In this document: one piece after another, positions 11,401 through 23,833 of the stretch | Layout: every line of letters starts with the position of its first letter | How positions within the stretch are numbered: the first letter of the stretch is position 1 | Assembly: GCF_001194135.2 (NCBI RefSeq) | Contig: NC_068986.1 | Coordinates: 73,462,086 to 73,501,266 of the forward strand | Direction: 5' to 3' | Origin: Octopus bimaculoides | Taxonomy: Eukaryota | DNA length: 39,181 bases | The notes under the pieces: model-generated | The model's input: the letters and a program-made list of their open reading frames with translations, nothing else | Databases searched by the model: none | What the model was told of the DNA's origin: nothing | Made by a program: the position numbers and the translations under genes

Positions 11401-12088
11401 GTCTCACTTTCCTGTCTTTCTTTGACAACACCATCACAACCTATGAAACTTTCACAACCATTACCACCACATTGACAATGACGATGACAATCACTGTCAC
11501 CACCACCACCACCACCTCCCAGGTAAAGAAATGGAGAAGGGAAGGATGTTATCAGTTTGACTGTCCAATGTGGTCACAGCAGAGTGTTTTCTATAATTTC
11601 ATGGCCATTTAACAAAGAAATGAATGGAGAAGTTGAAGATGAAGTGATAGTTTTCGTTCATCACGTATTGTTTATTGTTAAAAGTTTTAGTTGGACATGA
11701 TGGTCTGATAGGGAACTACAGGAAAGGTGAAAAAGAAGTTAAACACAATGGGCTGATAAGAACCACGGGTGGGGTGCAAAGCAAAGGAAAGTTGATTTTT
11801 TTACAGTGATATATATACTTGGACTGTTTCCATAGTTGTGTGAACATGAGGGAGGGAGGGAAAGAGTGAGGGGGAGAGTAGAATGTAAGTGACATCTTCC
11901 ACAATGTAGTTTCTAAGTTAGTAAGTTTCATTCAGAACATTTGTATTGCAGACTCTCACATTGACAAGGCTAGCTGTCACTCAAACGGATGATTGCTGAA
12001 TAGCAGCTGATATGATGCTTGGCTGTGTTCTTTCTGTTCTCTTGTCTCTTCTGCCCATTGTCTCTCTGTCTTCTTGAAAAACGTTACA

Positions 12089-12403
12089 TTAACCCTATTC
12101 TGTCAAATGTAAAGCTCATTTATTCATATTGTTTTGAACAAATCATGCATTATCTTGTAGTTTCGAGATTTCAATGATGTGATTGTTTACTTTTTATAAT
12201 GACCTACTACACTCTCGGAGTGGTTGGCGTTAGGAAGGGCATCCAGCTGTAGAAACTCTGCCAAATCAGATTGGAGCCTGGTGTAGCCATCTAGTTTNNN
12301 NNNNNNNAATGATGATGATGATGAATGACATCGTAGGGAAGGTGTGAGAGGCCAGATCTAGTTAGTTTGAACATAAAACCCAGTTTAAATGCCCCAAGAT
12401 TAA
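12089..12403 (+). mobile_element. piggyBac-type (TTAA) MITE family E, interrupted by a family C insertion
   Basis: ttaa at 12089-12092 and 12400-12403. Body matches 16939-17166. Confidence 0.7.
12204..12323 (+). mobile_element. Family C retroposon 3' end (RTE-like tail ending in (GAT)n)
   Basis: ggttggcgttaggaagggcatccagctgtag motif. TSD aatgac at 12198-12203 and 12324-12329. Confidence 0.8.
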
Positions 12404-14407
12404 GGATGCTGGCTCACCATCAAGAACCACGACTGGTTTGTTTCCTGCTGATGTCATCATATGTATTTGTTAATTTTAATTGGCTAATTATCTTTGCTGA
12501 CATCAGTCAGTCAATTTTGATATCTCTCCCAAAGCAAAATTAGTGGTCAGCTTCTTGATGATGTCATCAATCAATTTGACGAGTCTGATAGTTTGAAGAA
12601 AATTCCCAAAGTAGAAATAACAAATTATCCTGGTTTCAAATTTTAGACAGTTTTATTAATATAGTCTGAACGAGCAGATTCTTTACATTTTATTAAATCC
12701 AAAACATTAATACCATTGACTTCACTCATATAGCACACAGATCCCCATGAAGAACTACATTGAACAATGCCTGTTCCTAATGTATATATATATGTGTTTA
12801 TGTATGTATGTATGTGTATATGTGTATGCATATATACTCAACTACATGTATGTCCTGTTTGTCATCCTATTATTTTCCTCAATGCTAGTACCCCACTCCA
12901 AAACTAAACAACAGTTCATCTATGTGAGATTTTTTTATTTGCTTGTCTTCTATTTTTATCCATATTTAATTTTTCATGAAACTATATTTTCTTTCAGTTG
13001 GGACATTTAAAATATTGCATTAAAGGAAGGACATGTCTCCTTTTGTGCTACATTTTATGAAGTTATGATATATTTATGTATGCTCACTCATACGTAGATT
13101 TATACTCACATTCATACTGAATGTATGTGAATATGTGTTTATATACATAGGTACACACAATGATGTCTATCTATGCAGTTAAACACAAACCCATATACAC
13201 CTATACATAATGATGTATACACCTACACATTGAGATAAATTAGTTATATCCTGATATGATTAGCGATGCTTAATGATTATATAAATTCTTTAACACTTTG
13301 TTTAGATGCACTTACATGTTTCAGGTCATATATATGCATATGTGTGCATGTGTGTGTATATATATCAGTATGGAAAGTGATGTATGCTGCTGCATCCACA
13401 CACATACATGCATGCACACTCACATACATAATACTCACACACACACACACACACACACACACGTATATATGTACATATACATACATACATACATATTTAC
13501 TCATGCAGTCTCACATATATGTGCTCACACTGTTACAGCTTATACACATGTACACATGCATGTATGTATACACATATATACACATTTATAGAAAATTAAG
13601 AGTTATGTGTAGAAATGGTTCATAATGAATGCAAATGCTTTAATATTTCATCCTTACACAGATGCACGTTTCTGCATTGCATCACATCGCATCTCTTCAC
13701 AACTGCATATATGAACTCTTACACCCACATGCATACGCCCTCCCCACCCTCACATTTATATGTAAAAATACATAAATATTCCAACATTTTTATTTTCTGC
13801 TTTTTACTTTTTATTTTTATCTGTAATATCTTTTGTTGCATTTTCTTTTCTTCTCTTTTACCATTGCGATATGCTAGATCATTGCAGCTCATCACAGCTC
13901 ACCGACATAAAAAAAGAAATATGTATTTCTTTATAACTGCATCCTGTAAAAGATGTAGTGTACATTCTATGCAATATGAATTAAGATTCTGTGTTTCTTT
14001 CATATAACAACAACAACAACAATAATAATATTAATAATATATGTGATCCTTTTAATGTGGTATTCTTCTTGATTTTATGAGATGTTCGTTTGTCATGTAC
14101 TAGTGTGATCTCCCTTTTTGTATTTATTTTGGTCTGATATTTCCACCAAAAGTGAGTCTCTTATAAAAACTGCCCTGCCCCACTACCATTTATACAGAGA
14201 TTTAGAAGTGGTCCTGCATTAGCTGCCTTTTATGTTGCCCTCCTTGCACCCCCTCCACAATTCTCTCTCTCTCCATTGGAGGTTACATTGATGTAGGAAC
14301 TCATGGTTTTGCTACTTCAAACTGGCATTTAATGGTATTTCCCTTCCGATTTGTTATTGGATCTTATGTTGTTTTTACTGCATGTACAGAAGGATTCTGC
14401 AAATGAT

Positions 14408-14458
<51 letters not shown>

Positions 14459-15077
14459 CATAATAGTAGTAATAATAATATCACCCAATATTTCCAATGC
14501 TTTTGTAATAGTGTAGCCAATAGATGTTAACAGTTGTATTGCAGATATTACAAGATCCATAATATTTGGTTAATCTGATAGTTTAGCTTGAGATCAAAAG
14601 TTTGTCAAGGCCAAATTAACTGAGAGGAACACTGAACATATAAAAGAGTGTGTTGAGAGCTGTGTTTAGAAGTCAAATCTAATTACATTAGATACATTGA
14701 CTGAAATGACACTTTGATAATCTGCATGTAATTTTGCTTGCCATTTTTGTCCTACATGAGATCTAAGATAAATATAACAAAAAGAACAAAAAAAAAAAAG
14801 ATGTAAAGCTATTATAGGACAACCAGCAAACAAGACATGTAAGTTTCGTGTTATGGTTTGTTCTGTGTTGATTCTATAAATACAATGGATGATAGAGGTG
14901 GAATTGGTTAGGTGGTGGTTTGCTGTTCTGTTTCACACTTCATAACTATCTCACATTGTTGGTGTGATGGTAAAAAGAATGGAGAATTGAATATCACCAA
15001 AAGAACTTACCAAATCCTGTACAAATATAAAGAATACGTTTACTTAGTTCTTGGGGTTGAGGATTAGTGTGTGTCAT

Positions 15078-15545
15078 CACCATCATCATCATCATCGTTT
15101 AACGTCCGCTTTCCATGCTAGCATGGGTTGGACGATTTGACTGAGGACTGGTGAACCAGATGACTACACCAGGCTCCAATCTGATTTGGTAGAGTTTCTA
15201 CAGCTGGATGCCCTTCCTAACGCCAACCACTCTGAGAGTGTAGTGGGTGCTTTTACGTGCCACTGGCATGAAGGCCAGTCAGGAGGTACTAGCAATGGCC
15301 ATGTTCGAAATAGTGTATTTTACATGCCACCTGCACAAAGGCCAGTCCAGCGGTACTGGTACCGAACTCGCTCGAATGTCTTTTCACGTGCCACTGGCAC
15401 AAGTGCCAAGAAGGTGATGTTGGTAACGGTCATGCTCAAATGGTGCAATTTACGTGCCACTGGCACGAAAGCTAGACACCTGGTGCTCTGGCAGCGATCA
15501 CACTTGGATGGTGCTCTTAGTGATTTACTGGTACAGGTGCCATCA
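15078..15545 (-). mobile_element. Family C retroposon (RTE-tail SINE or short LINE end) with internal tttacgtgccactggcac repeats
   Basis: (CAT)n tail, then gtttaacgtccgctttccatgc...ggatgcccttcctaacgccaacc. Resembles RTE-clade 3' ends (from recall). Confidence 0.8.
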
Positions 15546-15611
15546 CGATTTGTGTTAATAGAAATTATTTTCTCTTCTTCTTGTGTTCTTTACTCCCTGT
15601 GGAGCATAGAC

Positions 15612-16038
15612 CAGTAGTTCTCAACTATATATTTTATCTATGGATCCCTTTGATTCCTATTTTACTTAGTTGGACCCCCATATTGCATCTCTGCAATGAA
15701 ATATATTTACAGAAAAAAAAAGTATCTATTTAATGGAAAACTAAAATTACTTGATGAATATTAATTTTGATTAGGGAAATATGAATTCAGTAGTATAGTT
15801 TTAAAATTGTGGGTTAGGAGTTATAAAGATTCATTTATTTAAAAAAAAAAAACATTTCTTTAAAAAAATCTCATTATATTTCTATGATTAAATATTATTA
15901 GAAATTGTGAGAAAAAACTGTTAAAATGTTTTGTGTATTGTAGAAGTATAACCAATTTATTGCACGTAATTTTAGCAGCAAAATCTTATACGGGCCTCCC
16001 TCCCCAAGGGTCATATGGATTCTGGTTGAGAACCACTG
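15612..16038. mobile_element. hAT/Charlie-type MITE
   Basis: TIR cagtagttctcaac / gttgagaaccactg (13/14). Flanks gcatagac and (a)ttatagac resemble a decayed 8-bp NNNTAGAN TSD. Confidence 0.7.
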
Positions 16039-16452
16039 ATTATAGACCATCAATGAATTTTCTCCACTGTTCTCAACTCTAAACTGTCTTTTCTGCTTCA
16101 CCCCAGCTAGAACTCTACTTTTTCAGCTGTGCCCCCAGCTATTTTTAGGGTGCTCTCTTTTCCTTCCCCCTTGTGTGTTCCATGTATGTTTCTCTGAGAG
16201 AAGGCTTTTCCTCTCCTGAGTTTTATTTGGTTTTGAATTGCCATTGATGCTTTTGTAACTTTGCTCTTTTTTTAGGTGTGAGTTTTGGCCCTATGCAAGC
16301 CCATTTTTACCTCTGGGAACAAATGGTCTATATTAGTCTGGCTTCTATCCTTTGACCTATCTAGCATTTCAGAAAAATGGACTTCAGGATCAATTGTGTG
16401 AACCAGTGGTATATGGTTGGACAAATTTTCTTCTGTAATTTAGAAGACCAAT

Positions 16453-16670
16453 TTAACCTTGTAGCATTCAAATTACTCTGATGAATGTAAAGCTTATTTA
16501 TTCATATCATTTTGAATTATCTTACAGATCTGAGATTTTGACGATGTTATTGTCTATATTTAGAATGACATTTTTAGGGTAGGTGTGACAGACTAAATCT
16601 GGCCAGTTTGAACATAAAACAGGAGGCATATTTGGGCTGAATATGGCTCGTTTAAATGCTAAGGGGTTAA
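16453..16670 (+). mobile_element. piggyBac-type MITE family E
   Basis: TTAA on both sides. The paralogous empty site at 19234-19237 has a single TTAA. Confidence 0.85.
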
Positions 16671-16938
16671 AAGTTACCTTTGATTGGATAAAAACTGTGT
16701 TACACATGAATCCACACAGTTGAAGATTAATTGAATATGGTAGTTTGGTTTTAGCATCACTAGTAAGGTATCTCTGGCTGATGCATTCCAGTGGCATTGC
16801 TCTCAGGGTCATTGAGGCACCTGAGCCACCACATTTCAATCAACAAGGCTGGACCTTGTAGTGAATATTAGCAGAAATACAAGTAGAGAAATTGTTACTC
16901 AAGATGAAGTTTGTAAAAGATTGCTACTTTGTTTGACT

Positions 16939-17166
16939 TTAACCCTTTAGCATTCAGATTACTCTGTCAGACGTAATGCTTATTTATTCACAATGTTTTG
17001 ACTTAATCACACATTATTTTGTAGCTTCAAAATTTCAATAGCATGTTTGTATATTTTTAGAATGACATTGCAGGATAGGTGTGAGAGGTTGGATTTGGTC
17101 AGTTTTAACATAAACCAAGCATAATATTTGGGCTGGATTTGGCTGGATTAAATGCTAAAGGGTTAA
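16939..17166 (+). mobile_element. piggyBac-type MITE family E
   Basis: ttaa-ccctttagcatt ... aatgctaaaggg-ttaa: perfect 12-bp TIR inside a TTAA TSD. Confidence 0.9.
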
Positions 17167-17177
17167 TAGAACCAGAG

Positions 17178-17645
17178 CAGTGGTTCGAGGACCCCTGGTG
17201 GTCCACAAAGGTAAAATTTTATATATATATATATGTATATATATAAATATATATATATTTTTTCTGCTGTAGTTTCAGCTCAGAACTGTGGCCATGCTGA
17301 TGCATGTATATATATATATAGGCGCAGGAGTGGCTGTGTGGTAAGTAGTTTGCTTACCAACCTCATGGTTCCAGGTTCAGTCCCACTGCGTGGCATCTTG
17401 GGCAAGTGTCTTTTACTATAGCCTTGGGCCGACCAAAGCCTTGTGAGTGGATTTGGTAGATGGAAATTGAAAAAAGCCTGTCGTATATATGTATATANNN
17501 NNNNNNNNNNNNNNNNNNNNNNNNNNNNNNNNNNNNNNNNNNNNNNNNNNNNNNNNNNNNNNNNNNNNNNNNNNNNNNNNNNNNNNNNNNNNNNNNNNNN
17601 NNNNNNNNNNNNNNNNNNNNNNNNNNNNNNNNNNNNNNNNNNNNN

Positions 17646-17690
<45 letters not shown>

Positions 17691-17968
17691 TTGTGTGTGT
17701 TTGTACCCCTAGCATTGCTTGACAACCAATGCTGGTGTGTTTATGTCCCCGTCACTTAGCGGTTTGGCAAAAGAGACCGATAGAATAAGTCCTGGGGTCG
17801 ATTTGCTCGACTAAAGGCAGTGCTCCAGCATGGCTGCAGTCAAATGATTAAAACAAGTAAAAGAGTATATATATATGTATATATAAGAATAAGCATATTA
17901 AAAGGGGTCTGTGGGAAAACTCATTTAAATAAAAGGGATCCTTGTAGTGAAAAGGTTGGGAACCACTG
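17178..17968. mobile_element. hAT/Charlie-type MITE containing a nested SINE B
   Basis: Termini cagtggttc / gaaccactg. 8-bp TSD aaccagag / aactagag (7/8). Confidence 0.8.
17322..17866 (+). mobile_element. SINE family B, near full length, gap in the internal microsatellite
   Basis: Head ggagtggctgtgtggtaag (A-box-like), ggttcagtccc (B-box-like), ggcatcttgggcaagtg (CORE-like), tail aaaagag. Flanked by (TA)n. Confidence 0.9.
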
Positions 17969-18338
17969 AACTAGAGGAAGTTGTTAGCATTGCACTAGAC
18001 ATGAAATGTCCTTCCTTTGTTTCTTTTCCTGCTACTTCAGTCACTTCTATTTGCTTGAATTAATTATGTACCCTCTCCCCATCCCATGTCTACATACATG
18101 TCTCTCTAGTGCCTTTTTTATACTGCAACCTTGACTGAGTCCAGTATTTCTTCCTCTGGACTGAAACCCTTTGGAATTCCCTTGTGCTCTTTGTGAAAAC
18201 ATCGACCTACAAATGTTAAACATCAACAATATCAGTCTCTGTCTCTCTGTCTTTGTCTGTCTGTCTGTCTGTCTCTCTCTCTTGGAGAAAGGGTCTGCTT
18301 AAGATTTTACAGTTGTTATCCTTATCCTCTCATTAATT

Positions 18339-18384
<46 letters not shown>

Positions 18385-18880
18385 AATGAAGAAGGAGACT
18401 TTCTCATGGCATCAGCTGACAAGGAAAATGAATGAGATCTTTAATACAGTTTCAAGTTCCTCTAAATTGTGTCAAAAAATAAAACCCCAAAACAACAAAA
18501 AAACATTAAAAATACATTAAACAAAAATACATTTAAAAAAATCACACAAAAAAAAATCAAAGCATAGAATTAAAAAACAAACAAAACAAAAGACTTCTAG
18601 TCAATTAATTGATGATATTTTTTTCTTTAATAACATTTGTATTTTATTTAGTTTATCTATTTTGTTATTGTCAAATCGATATTGATATTCAACTCTGTTT
18701 CCATTCCTCATAAAATGTTGTTTTTTCAAGTTCCTTTTCCAGTAAAAGGAATTGAATAAATTGTAACAGCTAACCTACTTACACAGTAATTACGCTAATT
18801 TTATGAGGGCCATAATATTTTTTTTTGCAGTGTGTGAAGTTTTCTGAAGAAATCTATGTTAGCTTCCTAAGGGCCAGGAG

Positions 18881-19345
18881 TCTCTGCAATAAAATATATT
18901 TATAGAAAATAACAACAAAACAAAAAAAAAAAGTATCTATTTAATGGAAAACTGAAATTACTTGATCAATATTAATTTTGATTAGGGAATGATGAATTCA
19001 GTGGTATAGTTTAAAAATTGTGGGTTAGGAATTATAAAGATTTCTTTATTTTTAAATAATAATGATTTCTTTGGAATAATAATGAAACTGTTAATGTAGT
19101 CTAGTTGGAAAGTGGTGCTGGAATCGATATATCTACCTAAACATTGGGGCATTTCAGAAAGTGGACTTAGGGATCAATTGTGTGAACTAGTGGTATATAA
19201 TTGGATAAATTTTCTTCGGTAATTTAGACTAATTTAAAAGTAACCTTTGATTGGTTAAAAACTGTGTTACACATGAATGCACACAGGAGAAGATTATTGA
19301 ATATGGTAGTTTGGTTTTTGCATCATTAATAAGATATCTCTGGCT
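18881..19345 (+). repeat. Diverged direct duplicate of 15688-15840 and 16364-16779
   Basis: 18881-19051 aligns with 15688-15840. 19149-19345 aligns with 16364-16779 minus the MITE. Confidence 0.85.
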
Positions 19346-19404
19346 ACTTATGCCATGGGAAGATGGTGGAATAAAAGTTGAGGAAGATTTTCTACAAATA
19401 TTGA

Positions 19405-19847
19405 TGTGGGTGTGTGGTAAGAAACTTGCTTTCCAACCATATGGTTCTGGGTTCAGTCACATTGTGTGGTACCTTGGGCGAGTGTCTTCTGCTGTAGCTC
19501 TGGGCCATCCAAAATCTTGTGAGTGGATTTGGTATACAGAAACTGAAAGAAGCCTATTGTAGGCATGTGTATATATATCATAATCATCATCATTTAGCAT
19601 TTTTTCAATGCTGATATTGGTTGGATAGTTTGACAGGAGCTGACCAGCTGAAGGGCTGTTCAGGCTCCCTGTCTGTTTTGGCATGGTTTCAACAGCTGGA
19701 TGCCTTTCCTAATGCCAAACACTTTACAGGGTGCACTGGGTGCTTTTACGTAGCACTGGAATGGATGCTTTTTATGTGGCTCCAGCACCTATAAGCCTGC
19801 AAGATTAGGGTTGTAGGAGATGAGCCTGAATGCAAGGACAACCATGC

Positions 19848-19890
<43 letters not shown>

Positions 19891-20100
19891 TCTCCTTGTA
19901 TGTGTGTCTTTGTGTTTGCTACCCACCACCGCTTGACAACCAGTGTTGGTTTGTTTATATCCTCGTAACATAGTTGTTTGGCAAAAACAGACTGATTGAA
20001 TAAGTATCAGACTTATAAATACTGGGTTTGATTTGTTTGACAAAACCCTTCAAGGTATTGCCCCAGCATGGCTGCAATTCAGTGACTGAAATAAATTAAA
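19405..20100 (+). mobile_element. SINE family B split (about 19405-19562 and 19885-20100) by a minus-strand family C copy (about 19583-19800)
   Basis: Family B 5' and 3' halves flank (CAT)n...ggatgcctttcctaatgccaa. Confidence 0.7.
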
Positions 20101-20499
20101 AGATGTTAATTATGAAATGTCATTTATTAATCATTAACAGTTTTAGCTGGGAAATGTATGTTGTTGCTTAAAATAATTTTTCAGAGATGTTGGGGAGAAA
20201 TTGATTGGTGATAGAGAAGACTGACTGATGAGTGATTATCATCCAATCTGTGACTGTACTGTCTTCCCAGGACAACATTATTCCATGCATTATTTTATAA
20301 GATGATAAGAGTAAGTTCAGGAGAGATTTGGCTGCTATTTCTAGCTTATTAAGAGACTATGAGTAACTCTTTCATGAATGAATTGTATTGGGAGTATGTG
20401 TTTGAAGGAAATGGGTGAAAGTAGGAGTCTGTGTTTGAAAGAGATGGGTGGGAGTGAAATATGTGTTTCAGTTGAATCTCCTTTGTTTGATTTGTGTGT

Positions 20500-20668
20500 G
20501 TATCATCATCATCATTTAATGTCCATCTGGCATGAATTGGACGGTTTGACAGGAGCTGGCAAGAACTGCATCACACTGTTGTCTGCTTTGCCTTGGTTTC
20601 TACAACTGGATACCCTTCCTAACACCATCCACTTTACAGTGTACCGTGTGCTTTTGACATGGCACCAA
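20500..20668 (-). mobile_element. Family C retroposon 3' end
   Basis: catcatcatttaatgtcc...ctggatacccttcctaacacc. Confidence 0.7.
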
Positions 20669-21970
20669 CACACACACACACATAGAGAGAGAGAGAGAGT
20701 GAATCCTTCAGTGAAGAGAGTGAATCCTAAATCATTCCAGGGCTCTATTTCTAATCATAGAAATTCATTAGCACTTCACTTAAAATATATCTATTTAGGA
20801 CCAGTTCATTCCAAACCCTTAATGAATATTGAAGGACTGCATGCAAACATTTCCTTTAAGAATTAATAAAAACATAAATTATAACTAAAAATAAATGCTC
20901 ATAACAAAAGTACATTTTATTATGCAGCCACAACTTGGTTAAATGGTTTTAGCTTTTGTCTGCATCACAGATTACACCTGACCAGAAGTACTACCAATAT
21001 TTACCTTCATCAACATTAGCAAGGTGTACTTAGAAATAATCAGAGAAACCAGAGAAATTAAAGGGAAGAGGGCTGCATGGAAAGCAAAAGTTGCTCCAGG
21101 TCCTGATTCTGCTGTTACATGCTCCCACTTTAACCATGGATTTTATGCTGATATTGGACTAATGAGCTATCTCCAGAACCCCAAAGATTAAAGCTGCTAA
21201 TCTGGTCATCTTCAGGGACATGAAGGATGAACATTTAATTACCAATAACCTACTGTCATCAAGATGCACAAGGGCTATTACCAGGTATCCACTCATGTGA
21301 ATGTTTATTCACAAGGAGTCTCACCAGCACATCCTCATCAATGTTTCCAAGGAGTGCTAGCAGCAGTCAACTCTTATCAATGTTTCCAAGGAGTACTATC
21401 ATACTTGACAATGTTAATAAGGAGTACTACCAGGAATCCAACATGGCTCATACAGAATTAATGGTAAGACCACATGGATATCAGTAAACCAGTATACATA
21501 AGTGTGAACCAACCCTTGGAGTTCCTCTTTCTAATCCAGCTGAAGTCATACCATCCTAATTTCACATAGTAACCGAATATAATAAATATTTCACTGTGAG
21601 ACCAGCTTTTTGATAAATGTTTAGATGAATCTTAAATGTTGTTTTATTAGAAATACTACTTAAAAGATAATGGAAACTAACCGTAATCATCACAAGAAAC
21701 AGTATTTGTGGCTTAGAATTCAATTAAGATCTTCTAATTGACTGGCTTTGAATGTTTTAATGATAGAGTATCTATGATTTGGCAGAAATAGTAGCTGAAG
21801 GGCAACTGGAAAATGGTCTTTGCTTTCCTTTCTTTGAATACAGAATATATTCAGAGAAGCTAACCATAGCAGCAGTGTCTTCACTGTGTACATGTCTGTG
21901 TATATGATGTGTGTGTGTGTGTGTTTGTATATCACACATATTACATTTGTATTCATAGAAGGAATGCAAA

Positions 21971-22015
<45 letters not shown>

Positions 22016-22617
22016 TGTATGAAGCTATGAGGCTAGTGAAATGTTAAAATATGAATTTACACTGAAAGTAGATACCATTCCATGCAAATAAATAAATCTC
22101 CCAGTATTTTATGGTCCATTGACTAAAGAAGCTACATTTAAGATTCTGGCTGTTTCTTCCTTTTTTTCTTGATTTATTTTTTATTTCTTTAGTTACTTAG
22201 CGATGGAGTGTTTTAAAGATAGGTAGTATTAGATGTATAAATGTAATAGTAGACATAAAGACATACTACCAGATGTATAGATATGCCAGATATGTAGATG
22301 TGTTGTTAGATGTATAGATGTAGTCGTAGATGTCTAGATATAGTACCAGATGTATAACTTAAAGTAGCAAATTCAAGTTCTATGTAAAATGTGTTGTACT
22401 AGTTGTTGAAAGGTAAAGCTGTTGGAATAGTTGCCTCTATTGAATGAAAGTTTAGTTTCACACGTGCATGGTTCTTATCACTGCAGTAACCTACATGACT
22501 GAGAAATCACTCCCTCACACATGCACACATGCACGCATGCACACACGCACGCATGCACACATGCTCACTCACACACACACACACACATTCGAGTTTGTAT
22601 GATTGTGTATAGAAGAA

Positions 22618-22856
22618 TATATTAATCAATGGAAGCCCAACTAAGTCTGATTTTATTATTTGCAATTTTTACAATTTTACAATATTGAAATAAACTAGCC
22701 CTTTCATGCTTTTCAAAATTGTAGAACACGACTGTCACTACATAAACCTGATGATTGTGTAATACATGAAAGTACTAGTTTATTTCAATATTGTAAAATT
22801 GTAAAACCTGCAAATAATAAAATGTAAAAATCAGACTAAGTTGGAATTTCATTGAT

Positions 22857-22863
<7 letters not shown>
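22618..22863. mobile_element. TA-flanked fold-back element (arms about 22618-22708 / 22765-22863) with a central hammerhead motif; possibly Penelope-derived
   Basis: About 95-bp inverted arms directly visible. Confidence 0.8.
22742..22783 (+). ncRNA. Candidate minimal type I hammerhead ribozyme
   Basis: Stem I ataaac/gtttat, CUGAUGA (22748-54), stem II tgt/aca with a U.U closing mismatch, GAAA (22768-71), palindromic GUAC stem III, cleavage triplet CUA (22775-77). Confidence 0.65.
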
Positions 22864-22900
<37 letters not shown>

Positions 22901-23784
22901 AAGTGAGTGGACAAACGGAAAAAAGAGCACTCAAATACATTTAATAAGAGTTATATGTATTATTTAAAAGTTTGATTTCACTCCATGTGACTTAAATTTT
23001 TGTAGACCTCTAATANNNNNNNNNNNNNNNNNNNNNNNNNNNNNNNNNNNNNNNNNNNNNNNNNNNNNNNNNNNNNNNNNNNNNNNNNNNNNNNNNNNNN
23101 NNNNNNNNNNNNNNNNNNNNNNNNNNNNNNNNNNNNNNNNNNNNNNNNNNNNNNNNNNNNNNNNNNNNNNNNNNNNNNNNNNNNNNNNNNNNNNNNNNNN
23201 NNNNNNNNNNNNNNNNNNNNNNNNNNNNNNNNNNNNNNNNNNNNNNNNNNNNNNNNNNNNNNNNNNNNNNNNNNNNNNNNNNNNNNNNNNNNNNNNNNNN
23301 NNNNNNNNNNNNNNNNNNNNNNNNNNNNNNNNNNNNNNNNNNNNNNNNNNNNNNNNNNNNNNNNNNNNNNNNNNNNNNNNNNNNNNNNNNNNNNNNNNNN
23401 NNNNNNNNNNNNNNNNNNNNNNNNNNNNNNNNNNNNNNNNNNNNNNNNNNNNNNNNNNNNNNNNNNNNNNNNNNNNNNNNNNNNNNNNNNNNNNNNNNNN
23501 NNNNNNNNNNNNNNNNNNNNNNNNNNNNNNNNNNNNNNNNNNNNNNNNNNNNNNNNNNNNNNNNNNNNNNNNNNNNNNNNNNNNNNNNNNNNNNNNNNNN
23601 NNNNNNNNNNNNNNNNNNNNNNNNNNNNNNNNNNNNNNNNNNNNNNNNNNNNNNNNNNNNNNNNNNNNNNNNNNNNNNNNNNNNNNNNNNNNNNNNNNNN
23701 NNNNNNNNNNNNNNNNNNNNNNNNNNNNNNNNNNNNNNNNNNNNNNNNNNNNNNNNNNNNNNNNNNNNNNNNNNNNNNNNNNNN

Positions 23785-23824
<40 letters not shown>

Positions 23825-23833
<9 letters not shown>

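Noticed and set aside
10449-11612. Phe/Leu/Ser-rich and Gly/Arg/Glu-rich ORFs, and the cag|gtaaag donor at 11522
   Set aside because: CT-rich DNA lacks stops by composition; no recognisable protein.
15186-15617. 143-aa ORF
   Set aside because: Lies within the family C repeat; no RT motifs.
19158-19218. Exon-like ESGLRDQLCELVVYNWINFLR with ag/gt boundaries, duplicated at about 16373-16434
   Set aside because: Differences between the copies are non-synonymous or frameshifting, giving no sign of coding constraint.
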